From Pseudomonadota bacterium (GTDB taxonomy: Bacteria; Myxococcota; JACRCW01; JAFGSX01), in the NCBI GenBank assembly GCA_043821645.1, contig JBDRCO010000046.1, positions 64,001-128,000 of the forward strand: 64,000 bases of DNA, given 5' to 3'. The position numbers and the translations under genes were made by a program. Positions within the stretch are counted from its first letter, which is position 1. Each line of letters starts with the position of its first letter. Of the stretch, positions 38,875-50,968 are shown in pieces. The notes under the pieces are model-generated. The model was given only the letters and a program-made list of their open reading frames with translations, searched no databases and was not told the origin of the DNA.

Positions 38875-40122
38875 TCAACGCCAGCGCAGCCCCATGCGCA
38901 ACATGCGCAGACCCAGGCGCGCCAGCATGGAGACCGTGAGCAGGTCGCGCTTGGGGCGCAAGCCGGCAAAGACCTCGCCCAGGCGCACGGCAAAATCGCG
39001 CTCGTCGCGACCCATGGCCACGACGGCGTCGCTCACCCGCGAGTGGTTCATCAGCAGGTCGAGGGCGCGATCGGCCATGCGGAACTCGTCCTGAAACTCC
39101 GAGCGCCAGCGCCGCTCGTAGCTCGCCAGTCCCACCGCGCTCAGATCCCCATGGTGCAGCGCCTCGATCGCGGTCTGAGCCGCCAGCTCCCCCGAGCGCA
39201 GGGCGAAGTGGATGCCCTCACCCGTCAGAGGGTCGATGAAGCCGTTGGCGTCACCCACCAGCAGGGCGCCACTGGCCACGCCGCTTCCCGCTCCGGTGCC
39301 CAGTCGCAGCGGCCAGCCCTGGAGCCTACCCTCGGGTTCACCGCCGGCGAGCAGGCGTCGAACCAGCGGCGAGTCCTCGATGAAGCTGTTGAAGAGCTGC
39401 GGCAGGGGCGGCGCGTCAGCAGCAGTGTAGCGATCGAAGCGTCCGACTCCCACGTTGGCGCGACCCTCCGGGAGCGGGAACACCCAGAAATAGGCCGGCA
39501 TGAAGCGCTCGTCGTACACGAAGTGGACGTCGCTCTCGACGGCGCGCAGACCACGGTAGTAGGTACGCAGGGCAAAGGCCCGATGCCGTGGATCGCGGTC
39601 CAGCTGTCCAAGAGCGCGCGCCACCTGCGAGTGCACGCCGTCGGCACCGATCACCAGCCGGCCGTCCAGGGTGGCGCCGTCGTCGAGCGTGACGCCGCAG
39701 ACCTGCCCCTGTTCCTGCAGCAGTCCCTTGACCCGGCAGTTCTCCCGCAGCTCGGCTCCTGCAGCCTGGGCCGCGCGGACACACGCTTCGTCGAGCAGCA
39801 CCCGCGGGGCAATGAGCAGAGGCTCGGGGCGCAGGGTCGATTCGTACACGATGCGACGATGGTGGAATTGCTCGCCGCCCGGGCTCTGCAACCCGTAGCC
39901 CGTGGCCAGGCCGGCCCCGGCCTCGACCAGGCGATCGTACACCCCCATGGTTCGGAGCACGTCCACCCCGCCTGCTCCGACACCGTCCCCACAGGTTTTA
40001 TCGCGGGGAAACCGCGCGCGATCGAGCAGCACGGTGCGCAACCCGGCGCGGGCGCAGTAGAACGCGGCGGCACTCCCCCCGGGGCCGGCACCCACCACGA
40101 TCACGTCCCACGACCTGCTCAC
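38875..40122 (-). CDS. Geranylgeranyl reductase-family FAD-dependent oxidoreductase
   Basis: VGAGPGGS, FPRDKTCGDG, GADG.HS, YFWVFP and VGDANGFIDPLTGEGI. Confidence 0.92.
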   Translation of the reverse strand: MSRSWDVIVVGAGPGGSAAAFYCARAGLRTVLLDRARFPRDKTCGDGVGAGGVDVLRTMGVYDRLVEAGAGLATGYGLQSPGGEQFHHRRIVYESTLRPEPLLIAPRVLLDEACVRAAQAAGAELRENCRVKGLLQEQGQVCGVTLDDGATLDGRLVIGADGVHSQVARALGQLDRDPRHRAFALRTYYRGLRAVESDVHFVYDERFMPAYFWVFPLPEGRANVGVGRFDRYTAADAPPLPQLFNSFIEDSPLVRRLLAGGEPEGRLQGWPLRLGTGAGSGVASGALLVGDANGFIDPLTGEGIHFALRSGELAAQTAIEALHHGDLSAVGLASYERRWRSEFQDEFRMADRALDLLMNHSRVSDAVVAMGRDERDFAVRLGEVFAGLRPKRDLLTVSMLARLGLRMLRMGLRWR

Positions 40123-40208
40123 GTCTCACGCCCTCCAACCCGCACCCAGGCTGTGCTGGCACTTGTGGCGTCGCACGGTATACAATTCTGCCGACAGGGG
40201 GCAACTGG

Positions 40209-40598
40209 ATGGCGCAGGATTCCGCAACCATTCTCGTCGTCGACGACGATGACGAGATCCGGCGCGTGTTGCAGATCGTGCTGCAGAAGTCCGGTCATGT
40301 CGTGGTGCAGGCCGCGAACGGCGAGGAGGCTCTCGCACGCATGGTGGAGCACGTACCGGACCTGGTCCTGCTCGACATCATGCTGCCCCGACTCGACGGC
40401 CTCGAGGTGATCCGGCGCATGCGCGAGCAGGCCGCCCTGCGGAGCATTCCGGTCATCGCCTTCACTGCCCTGACCAGCCAGCTCATCGAGAAGGAGCTGT
40501 TCGAACTCGGGGTCAAAGGTTTCATGCGCAAGCCGCTGCGCCTGGCCGACCTCAAGGCCATGATAGCCAACGAGCTGTCGACGAACGCTACTGCCTGA
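40209..40598 (+). CDS. Single-domain response regulator (CheY-like)
   Basis: VVDDD, LLDIMLP.LDG, TA and KP motifs. Confidence 0.92.
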   Translation: MAQDSATILVVDDDDEIRRVLQIVLQKSGHVVVQAANGEEALARMVEHVPDLVLLDIMLPRLDGLEVIRRMREQAALRSIPVIAFTALTSQLIEKELFELGVKGFMRKPLRLADLKAMIANELSTNATA

Positions 40599-41577
40599 GC
40601 GGCTGTTGCTGGGCCACCTGGGCCTCCCGCACCAGGCGCCGCCCGCGCCGGAACTGATCGATACGCACCTCGATCTCACCATAGGCGGTGGGGGACACCA
40701 GGCGCACCGGGAGTCTGTCCTCGTCGTCGGTGAGCCACACGGTGAATTGTCGGGCATAGCGAGGCTCGCCCTCGCGCACGGCCTCCCCGCGCACCGGCAT
40801 CGCGCGGTAGGGTCCTGCAGGCGTACTCACACTCTCTGCCTCGCCAACCTGCCCGCGCACCACCCACAGCCTCTTGCCATAGTAGATCTCGGTGCAGTAG
40901 CTGGCCCCTGGCTGCACCTGTCGGCTGCGCGCGAAGTACACGATGGAGACCACATCCTGGACGGCCTGGCCTCCCTGCGCCTCGCCTTTCCAGTCCCTGC
41001 GTTGCTGCGACGAGCTGGTCCCCTCCATGCGCAGCGAGGCCATCGCCCTGTGCTGCCCGGGATCGAAGCGCACTTCTTCCTGGCGGGTCAGGGTCTCGGC
41101 CCGGGCGTGGCTCTGCATCAGCAGCGGGAACACGCCGTCGGGGGTGACCAGCGAGGTCTGCTGCGACTCCATCTTGGACATCTTGGTGAAGAAGGAGTTG
41201 GTCGAGGCTTGGCCGTAGGCCGGATACACGACATGAGATCCATGGCTGGAGCGCTCGCCCAGAGTCAGGCTGGCGCGCCCCACGTAGACGCCGGACAGCG
41301 AGATCACGAAGCCCAGCTCCTCGCCCGGGCCAAAGGGCAGCCGTGCGTCGAGCTGGGGGATCAGAACCTCGCAGCGCTGGAGGCCCGGAGCGGGCCGTCT
41401 CGGGGAGGGGCGCGCCGAGGGTGCGGCAGGACGCGGCGACTGCACGACCTGGCGGCGCTGCACCGTGTCACGCTTGCGAGGCGAGATCTCCGGGGCCGGG
41501 GCGCGTTCCGGTGCCGAGCTCGGGCCGGCGGCTCCTAGAAGCACGAACAGGCCGGGAACAAGAAGTCGGCTCGTCAT
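40588..41577 (-). CDS. DUF3108-domain secreted protein
   Basis: Signal peptide, PFGPGEEL, QDVVS..YFAR, VSTPAGPYRA and VWLTDDEDRLPVRL. Confidence 0.8.
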   Translation of the reverse strand: MTSRLLVPGLFVLLGAAGPSSAPERAPAPEISPRKRDTVQRRQVVQSPRPAAPSARPSPRRPAPGLQRCEVLIPQLDARLPFGPGEELGFVISLSGVYVGRASLTLGERSSHGSHVVYPAYGQASTNSFFTKMSKMESQQTSLVTPDGVFPLLMQSHARAETLTRQEEVRFDPGQHRAMASLRMEGTSSSQQRRDWKGEAQGGQAVQDVVSIVYFARSRQVQPGASYCTEIYYGKRLWVVRGQVGEAESVSTPAGPYRAMPVRGEAVREGEPRYARQFTVWLTDDEDRLPVRLVSPTAYGEIEVRIDQFRRGRRLVREAQVAQQQPLRQ

Positions 41578-41648
41578 GCAACTCCGACGCGCGAGTTCCT
41601 TCGCGCATTCAGTGGCCCTGATCACAGGCTAACCTGTATCCTCTGCCC

Positions 41649-42350
41649 GTGCATCGTTTGAGCCGAGAAGCCCGCAGGATCCTCCTGCTGGGTCTGTGTG
41701 CAGGAAGCCTCGCCGCGGCACAGGTCTCTCCCTACCGCTTCCAGGAACTGTTTCGTGCCAACGAGGCTGCCGTGTTGCGCTTGCGCAGCGAGTTGCCGGG
41801 CGGCTCCATCTACACCACGGCTTTCCTGGTGCGCCACGACGGGACCATGATTACCAGCGACAGGGCTGTGCGCGGCGCGCGCGCGATTCACGTCGTGGAT
41901 CCCTCGGGTGGAACCCTGCCATGCGAGGTGCTACGCCATGACCCGGAGCTGGGGGTGGCGATCCTGCGGGCTCCCAGTGCGGGCTTGCTTCCCATCGTGC
42001 AGCTGGGGCCCGCCACGCGCCTGCGCAAGGGCGACTGGGTGGTGGGGATCGGGCACGATGAGCACGGTCAGGTGAGCGCTCGCGCGGGCTGCGTGTCGCG
42101 CGTGTTCACACCCCGGGGAGCCGGGCAGGCACGCCACTTCGTCATCGACGCTGCGACCACGGAAGGTGGTGCCGTGCTCGACCTGCAAGGCCGGGTCGTG
42201 GCGCTGGTGCTGCGTCCTCGTGGTGCGCGCCGGGCCGAGGCCCTCGCCATCGACGTGCTGCTGCCAGTTCTGGCCCTGACCCCCGCCTTTGTCCCGCTGA
42301 ACCCGGAGTCGCCATCCTCGACGACCGAGGCTCGCCCTCTCAAGGAGTGA
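41649..42350 (+). CDS. Trypsin/HtrA-like (S1C) protein with a degenerate catalytic triad
   Basis: AFLV..DGTMITS, LRKGDWVVGIG and GGAVLDLQGRVV fit HtrA, but His, Asp and Ser are not conserved. Confidence 0.7.
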   Translation: MHRLSREARRILLLGLCAGSLAAAQVSPYRFQELFRANEAAVLRLRSELPGGSIYTTAFLVRHDGTMITSDRAVRGARAIHVVDPSGGTLPCEVLRHDPELGVAILRAPSAGLLPIVQLGPATRLRKGDWVVGIGHDEHGQVSARAGCVSRVFTPRGAGQARHFVIDAATTEGGAVLDLQGRVVALVLRPRGARRAEALAIDVLLPVLALTPAFVPLNPESPSSTTEARPLKE

Positions 42351-44353
42351 TGATGAGCATCTCGCCTCTGCTCTCCCCCCTGCGGGTGGGGTCCGTGACC
42401 CTGCGCAACCGCGTGATCCTGCCGGCCATGGAGCTGACCTATTCGATGGACGGGTCGGTGACGCCACGGCACCTGGCCTTCTACCGGGCACGGGCCAAGG
42501 GCGGCACGGCCCTGGCCATCGTCGGTGGCTGCACGGTGGAGCCGCGGGCGGGTGGTCGCCACATGCTCAGCCTCAAGGAGGACGCCTGCATCGAGGGCAT
42601 GCGCAGCCTGGCGGGCGCCATCCACGACGGGGATGCCCTGGCTGGCGCGCAGCTCTACCATGCCGGCGCTTACTCCCACGCCATGCTCAGCGGCGAGCAG
42701 GCCGTGTCCGCGAGCGCTCATGTCTCCGCCTTCACCCGCGAGGAGTCCCGCGCCCTGGGTCGCGACGAGATCCCGCAGGTCCTCGACGCCTTCGTGGCTG
42801 CGGCGCGTCGCGCGGAGAGCGCGGGGTTCGACCTGATCGAGATCTGCGGCTCGGCGGGCTACCTGGTGTGCCAGTTCCTGTCGCCCCTCATCAACAAGCG
42901 CGACGATGACTATGGCGGGTCGTTCGACAACCGAGCGCGCTTTGGCGTCGAGCTGTGTCAGGCCCTGCGCCAGTCTCTCGCTGCCTGCACTGCGCTGGGC
43001 ATTCGCATCGCGGGCAACGACTTCGTGCCAGGCAGCCATACCAACGTCGAGGCGCAAGCCTTCGCCAAACTGGTGGCACCGCATGTCGACATGATCAACG
43101 TCACTGGAGGATGGCACGAAACGCGGGTGCCTCAGCTTCCCGCTGACGTCCCCCGGGGTGGCTTCGCGTACCTGGCAGCGGGGGTACGCCGAGTGGTGGA
43201 CAAGCCCGTGGCAGCGTCGAATCGCCTTGGTGATCCTGACCTCGCCGAGCAGGTGTTGCGACGCGGCCTGGCGGATCTCGTGTGCCTCGGGCGGCCACTC
43301 ATCGCCGATCCCGCATGGGTGGACAAGGTGACGCGGGGCGCGCGTGACGAGATCGTGCCCTGCACGGCCTGCAATCAGAGCTGCTTCGACGCCATCATGA
43401 AGCTGCAGCCCGTGGGCTGCATGGTCAACCCCCGGGCCGGCCGGGAGGACGAGACCCCCATCGAACCCGCCGTCACGGCACGCACGCTTCTCGTCGTGGG
43501 GGGGGGCGTGGCCGGTTGCACGGCGGCCATCACGGCCGCGGCGCGAGGTCACCAGGTCACCCTGGTCGAGCGCGACGACCACCTCGGCGGTCAGGTGGCC
43601 TGGGCGGCGATCCCGACCCACAAGCCCGAGTTCCCGGTGCTGCTGCGCTACCAGGCCGCTGCCCTCGAGCGCCTCGGCGTGGACGTGCAGTGTGAGACCA
43701 TCGCGGACCGCGCGCTGGTCGAGCGGATGAAGCCCGACGTGGTGGCTGTGGCGACGGGTGCGGCCCCCGTGCGGCCCGCGATTCCAGGAGTCGATCTGCC
43801 CCACGTGGTGCAGGCCTGGGACGTGCTGCGCGGCGAGGCAGAGGTGGGGCAGCGCGTGGTGGTCGTGGGTGGAGGCTCGGTGGGCTGCGAGACCGCACTA
43901 TGGATCGCGGCCGAGGGCACTGCCACGCCCGAGCAGCTCGCCTTCTTGCTGTTCTTCGAAGCGGAGTCGCTGGAGACCCTGCGCCAGCTGCAGCGGAGCG
44001 GCCAGCGCGAGGTCGCGGTGGTGGAGATGGAGCGGCGCCTGGGGGGTGACCTCGGGTCGCGGCGCTGGATCGTGGTCGACGCGATGCACAAGCGCGGTGT
44101 GCGAGCCCTCAAGAGCACCACCGTGCTGGCCATCGAGCCGCAGGGCGTGCGGGTGCGCAAGGCGGGCGGTGACGAGGAGCTGCTCGCCTGTGACAGCGTG
44201 GTCCTGGCGGTTGGTGCTCGGTCCACCGCGGACCTTGGCCGCGCGCTCGAGGGGCTGCCCGGTGTCGAGATTCGCGTCGTGGGTGACGCGGGCGCCGTGG
44301 GCAAGATCCCGGACGCCATCGCGCAGGGCTTCGAACTCGGGCGGACGCTCTAA
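42350..44353 (+). CDS. fadH: NADH:flavin oxidoreductase / 2,4-dienoyl-CoA reductase-like (OYE barrel + 4Fe-4S + FAD domain)
   Basis: QLYHAG, GYLVCQFLSP..NKRDDDYGGS..NRAR, CTACNQSC...CMVNP and two GGG dinucleotide-binding motifs. Confidence 0.85.
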   Translation: MMSISPLLSPLRVGSVTLRNRVILPAMELTYSMDGSVTPRHLAFYRARAKGGTALAIVGGCTVEPRAGGRHMLSLKEDACIEGMRSLAGAIHDGDALAGAQLYHAGAYSHAMLSGEQAVSASAHVSAFTREESRALGRDEIPQVLDAFVAAARRAESAGFDLIEICGSAGYLVCQFLSPLINKRDDDYGGSFDNRARFGVELCQALRQSLAACTALGIRIAGNDFVPGSHTNVEAQAFAKLVAPHVDMINVTGGWHETRVPQLPADVPRGGFAYLAAGVRRVVDKPVAASNRLGDPDLAEQVLRRGLADLVCLGRPLIADPAWVDKVTRGARDEIVPCTACNQSCFDAIMKLQPVGCMVNPRAGREDETPIEPAVTARTLLVVGGGVAGCTAAITAAARGHQVTLVERDDHLGGQVAWAAIPTHKPEFPVLLRYQAAALERLGVDVQCETIADRALVERMKPDVVAVATGAAPVRPAIPGVDLPHVVQAWDVLRGEAEVGQRVVVVGGGSVGCETALWIAAEGTATPEQLAFLLFFEAESLETLRQLQRSGQREVAVVEMERRLGGDLGSRRWIVVDAMHKRGVRALKSTTVLAIEPQGVRVRKAGGDEELLACDSVVLAVGARSTADLGRALEGLPGVEIRVVGDAGAVGKIPDAIAQGFELGRTL

Positions 44354-44480
44354 GTCGCCACGCTGCGGCTGTTCGTTCTGTATACCCACCGTCCACCTGA
44401 CCTCCACCATCGCGCCGCGGAACGACCGGAGGCTTGTCCGGCGGCGCGCCGGCGTTACGTGCTTTCCCACAAACGGAACG

Positions 44481-44500
44481 GCGGGTCGCACTCGACCCGC
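44481..44500 (+). promoter_or_regulatory. Perfect 8-bp hairpin just 5' of the rhodanese RBS
   Basis: GCGGGTCG-CACT-CGACCCGC followed by GACGGAGAAC and ATG. Function unknown. Confidence 0.35.
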
Positions 44501-44513
44501 GACGGAGAACGCG

Positions 44514-44972
44514 ATGTCAAAGATGTTCAAGAACCTCCTCGTGGTGACCGGCGCCACCCTTGTCCTGACCGGCATCTCGTCGGTGAGCCTCGCCTGCGGA
44601 GAAGATGGCCAGATGGCCATGACGGTTCGCCAGGTCAGTGTTGCCGAGCTGGCGGGGTTGATGGACTCGACAGCGGGACTGCAGGACAAGCTGGCGGTGG
44701 TGGACGTGAACAGCTCCAAGACGCGATCCAGCATGGGGGTGATCCCCGGCGCGATCCTGCTCAGCTCGTCCTCGCAATACGTGGTCGCGAAGGAACTGCC
44801 CGCGAGCAAGAGCACGCCGCTGGTGTTCTACTGCGCCAACACCCACTGCACGGCCTCCAAGACCGCTGCCCAGCGAGCCCTCGACGCGGGCTACGTCAAC
44901 GTCGCCATTCTGCCCGAGGGCATTGCGGGTTGGCGCCAGGCTCGCAAGCCCACCGAGACACCCTCCATCTGA
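44514..44972 (+). CDS. Secreted rhodanese-like domain protein
   Basis: GGAG RBS, signal peptide, GVIPGA, LVFYCANTHCTAS and LPEGIAGW. Confidence 0.85.
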   Translation: MSKMFKNLLVVTGATLVLTGISSVSLACGEDGQMAMTVRQVSVAELAGLMDSTAGLQDKLAVVDVNSSKTRSSMGVIPGAILLSSSSQYVVAKELPASKSTPLVFYCANTHCTASKTAAQRALDAGYVNVAILPEGIAGWRQARKPTETPSI

Positions 44973-45146
44973 TCCCTCCCCGTCCTGTATTGGACCGCGT
45001 GTCACTGAAGCGCACCACGGGGTCTGCTGAGCGCCTGCGGGATTTCTGCGCAGGAGCGCCGCGCGTGCCGCGGGCGTATGAGCATTGCAGCGCCCTGCGG
45101 ACAGCACTACGTTGAGTGCCCCGATCGACCACCGTGGAGCAGCACC

Positions 45147-47816
<2,670 letters not shown>

Positions 47817-47986
47817 GGCGAAGTTCGCCTGGACCGAGCCTGCGCCGCCTCCACACTTGCCTGCGCGGTGGACTCCAGCTATTCGATCCCGGTCACACGG
47901 CGGTGCGGGGGCGATCGGGTGTTGCCGGGTCTGGCGATTCCGATGGGCTCCGGAATTCACCCCTTCCGATCACGAGGAGACACACC

Positions 47987-48565
47987 ATGCCATTCACGCT
48001 CCCGGCTCTGCCCTTTGCCCTCGATGCCCTGGCTCCGCACATCAGCACCGAGACCCTGGAATTTCACCACGGCAAGCACCACCAGGCTTACGTCACCAAC
48101 CTCAACAACCTCACCGAGGGAAAGCCCGAGGCCAGCCAGAGTCTCGACGAGCTGGTGCGCACCGCCGAGGGCGGCGTGTTCAACAACGCCGCTCAGGTGT
48201 GGAACCACAGCTTCTACTTCAAGGGGCTCAAGCCGGGCGGGGGCGGCACGGCCACGGGTGCGATCGGGAATGCCATCACCACCAGCTTCGGCAGCTTCGA
48301 CGCCTTCACCGCGCAGTTCACCAAGGCCGCGACCACGCTGTTTGGCTCGGGCTGGTGCTGGCTGGTCAAGAACGCGCAGGGTGGCCTCGAGATCGTGCAG
48401 ACCCAGAACGCGCAGAACCCCCTGCGCGACGGCAAGACCCCGCTGTTGACCTGTGACGTGTGGGAGCATGCCTACTACGTCGACTATCGCAACGCTCGCC
48501 CCAAGTACGTCGAGGCCTGGTTCCACCTCATCAACTGGGACGCGGTCAACGCCTTGCTCGGCTGA
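47987..48565 (+). CDS. sodB: Superoxide dismutase [Fe]
   Basis: HHGKHH, FNNAAQVWNH (Fe type) and DVWEHAYY; GAGGAG RBS. Confidence 0.95.
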   Translation: MPFTLPALPFALDALAPHISTETLEFHHGKHHQAYVTNLNNLTEGKPEASQSLDELVRTAEGGVFNNAAQVWNHSFYFKGLKPGGGGTATGAIGNAITTSFGSFDAFTAQFTKAATTLFGSGWCWLVKNAQGGLEIVQTQNAQNPLRDGKTPLLTCDVWEHAYYVDYRNARPKYVEAWFHLINWDAVNALLG

Positions 48566-48647
48566 GGCACCTCGATCCGACTTGCCCGGGCTGGCGCGGG
48601 CCTGCACAATCCAGATCGCTTCCAGATTCTTTCCGTGGGGGGGAGAC

Positions 48648-49796
48648 ATGGTCGCGACACTCGGCGCGCAAACGCTCTTTGCTCCGGCAGAGCGCGCAGC
48701 TCCAGATCTCCTGCATCGCCAGGTACACCAGGTCGCCGGTCACGCGCTCACTGCGGCACTGCTCGAGGCCATGGGCGGCGTGGTGCTCGTGCTCAACGCG
48801 CAGCGCCAGATCGTGGCGGTCAACCGGACCCTGCTCATGACCGTGGGCGTCGACGTTCCGGAGGGCGTTCTGGGTCAGCGCCTGGGCGAAACCCTCGAAT
48901 GTCGACACGTCTTCTCGACCCCGTCGGGTTGTGGCACGGGGGAGGCCTGTCGCAGCTGTGGCGCCGTGCTCGCGACCCTGGCCTGCCAGGAGCACGATGC
49001 GGCGGTGGAGCGGGAATGTGTGCTCACCCCGGCGCGGGAGGATGTCGGCACGCTGGCTTTTCGCGCGCGCTGCGCACCCCTGCGTCTCGATGACGCATGC
49101 TATTCCGTCCTCACGCTGCAGGACATTCGGCGCGAGAAGAGGCTCGACGAGCTGCAGCAGCTGTTCTTTCACGATCTGCTCAACGTGCTGCAAGGCCTCG
49201 GTGGACTGTGTGAGGCCTTGCCCAGCGCGGGCAACGGCGAGCGCCAGAACATGCTGCGAACCCTGCAGCATGTGACCGCGCAGCTCGGCGAGATGGTCCT
49301 TGCGCAGCGCGACCTGCACCGCATGGAGCAGGGGAGCTACCGCACACGCCGCGAACGCATCTCCGTCGACGAGGTCGTCGCGCGCCTGCGGGCGGTCTTC
49401 GACAGCGAGAGCCGCTCCGCGCGCCTGGCCTGGCCTGCGCCGATGGGCGCCACGCTGGTGACCGATCCGCCCGTGCTGTTGCGCGCCCTGGGCAACGTGC
49501 TGCGCAATGCCCTCGAAGCGAGCCGAGACGACGACAAGGTACAGCTCGAGGTGGAGCCGGGCCCCCTGCACGTCTGCTTTGCCGTGTGGAGCGCTCCCCC
49601 CATTGCCCCCTCGGTGGCGCTGCGTGTGTTCGAGCGTCACTACAGTACCAAGGGAGGTGGTGGGCGAGGCCTGGGCTGCTATGCCGCCAAGCTCATGGTC
49701 GAGCGCACCCTGGGCGGTGCCCTGTGGTTCGAGACCGGCGATGCGGGCACGAGCTTCTACCTGCGCGTGCCCGTCGACGACAGGGCTACCACCTGA
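48648..49796 (+). CDS. Cytoplasmic sensor histidine kinase with a Cys-rich PAS-like input domain
   Basis: FFHDLLN H-box, NVLRNALEA and STKG..GRGLG; C-x9-C-x5-C-x2-C in the N-terminal domain; no TM. Confidence 0.88.
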   Translation: MVATLGAQTLFAPAERAAPDLLHRQVHQVAGHALTAALLEAMGGVVLVLNAQRQIVAVNRTLLMTVGVDVPEGVLGQRLGETLECRHVFSTPSGCGTGEACRSCGAVLATLACQEHDAAVERECVLTPAREDVGTLAFRARCAPLRLDDACYSVLTLQDIRREKRLDELQQLFFHDLLNVLQGLGGLCEALPSAGNGERQNMLRTLQHVTAQLGEMVLAQRDLHRMEQGSYRTRRERISVDEVVARLRAVFDSESRSARLAWPAPMGATLVTDPPVLLRALGNVLRNALEASRDDDKVQLEVEPGPLHVCFAVWSAPPIAPSVALRVFERHYSTKGGGGRGLGCYAAKLMVERTLGGALWFETGDAGTSFYLRVPVDDRATT

Positions 49797-49856
49797 GCGG
49801 ATGCACCTGCTTCCACCTGTCGTCGTGGCCCTGGACCAGCCCTCGCGGGCGCCCGC

Positions 49857-50579
49857 TTATTCTTGAGGCTCGCGCCGGGGAGGAGGCCGCCGGCCGCGAC
49901 GGCGATTGCGCTGTGGTGGGCGTGGACGTGCGGGCTGCGAGGGTCGGGCATCGGTGGGGAGGTGTTCCAGGCTCATCACGGCGAAACAGCGCCGCTCGCG
50001 AATCTGCCTCACCAGGTCCGCCTCGCTGGCCACAGGCTCGGGGAAGTACGTCGCGGCCATGCCCACGTGTTCCTCGGTGCGTGCGGCCGAGCCGCCGACG
50101 CAGGTGAGTTGTAGCGTCTCGCTGGCTTCGATGGCGAGGTCCCGCTGCATGCCGGTGGTCAGCGGTGAGGCCACCTCGCAGGCATGCAGGCCCTGCAGCG
50201 AGAAGATGTGGTCCCCCATCGGAGCGGGCACCTGCTTGTAGTAAGGGTGTGCGGCGATGACCACACCTCCCAGGGCCTCGACCGCGGTGATCACATCGGT
50301 GGCAGCGGGCAGCTTGTCCGCGTCGACACCGAGCCAGTTGCCGGCGCTGCGCGCGCTCTCCAGGTCCGGGATGAAGCACAGCAGGACGCCGCGATTGGTG
50401 GCCACGGAGCAGCCGCACAGCGCCGTGAGCCCGGCCGCGGCACCGGCGGCTCGCACGGCGTCCACGTCGGCAAAGTCCGGTGAACCGGCGAAGGCCAGAC
50501 CGTCCATCCCCTGCGCCTTGGCGTGCTCGAACATGGCGCCAGGGTTCCCCTCGTTGTGCACATGAATGTCGATCAGCAC
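49857..50579 (-). CDS. PHP-domain protein with partly degenerate metal ligands and an Arg-rich tail
   Basis: LIDIHVH and IAAHPY motifs; AGGAG RBS before GTG 50579. Confidence 0.8.
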   Translation of the reverse strand: MLIDIHVHNEGNPGAMFEHAKAQGMDGLAFAGSPDFADVDAVRAAGAAAGLTALCGCSVATNRGVLLCFIPDLESARSAGNWLGVDADKLPAATDVITAVEALGGVVIAAHPYYKQVPAPMGDHIFSLQGLHACEVASPLTTGMQRDLAIEASETLQLTCVGGSAARTEEHVGMAATYFPEPVASEADLVRQIRERRCFAVMSLEHLPTDARPSQPARPRPPQRNRRRGRRPPPRREPQE

Positions 50580-50732
50580 GTCGTTCTCCTGTTGAGACCC
50601 CATCTTGGCGGGGCGAGAGGCCGAACTTGTAGCAGCTTCGTCGCGGGCGCTCAACAGACCACGCGCGTGGCCAGGACGCCGGTGGGTTGATACCATGCTC
50701 ATGGCGAGGGCTGGATGGGTTATCGCGGCGGC

Positions 50733-50930
50733 ATGACACGAGGTCCCGAAGGTGCGCTGCGCGACGGTTGGCGACGCCTTGGAGTCCTTGCCGTCGCGGT
50801 GGTGATCATGGGTTGCTGCTGCCCTGCGCTGCCCCCGGCGACCCTGGTCTGGCACATCGAAGCAGGTCCCCCGGCCTCGACCGAGGCCGTACTCGAGTCT
50901 GTGGATCCGCCAGTCCTCTGGTCGCGCTGA
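50733..50930 (+). CDS. Possible small membrane protein or lipoprotein
   Basis: Hydrophobic stretch ending GCCC fills an intergenic gap; no clear RBS. Confidence 0.3.
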   Translation: MTRGPEGALRDGWRRLGVLAVAVVIMGCCCPALPPATLVWHIEAGPPASTEAVLESVDPPVLWSR

Positions 50931-50968
50931 GCGCAGGCTCTCCGTCGACCAGCCGAGAACCAGGAGAC

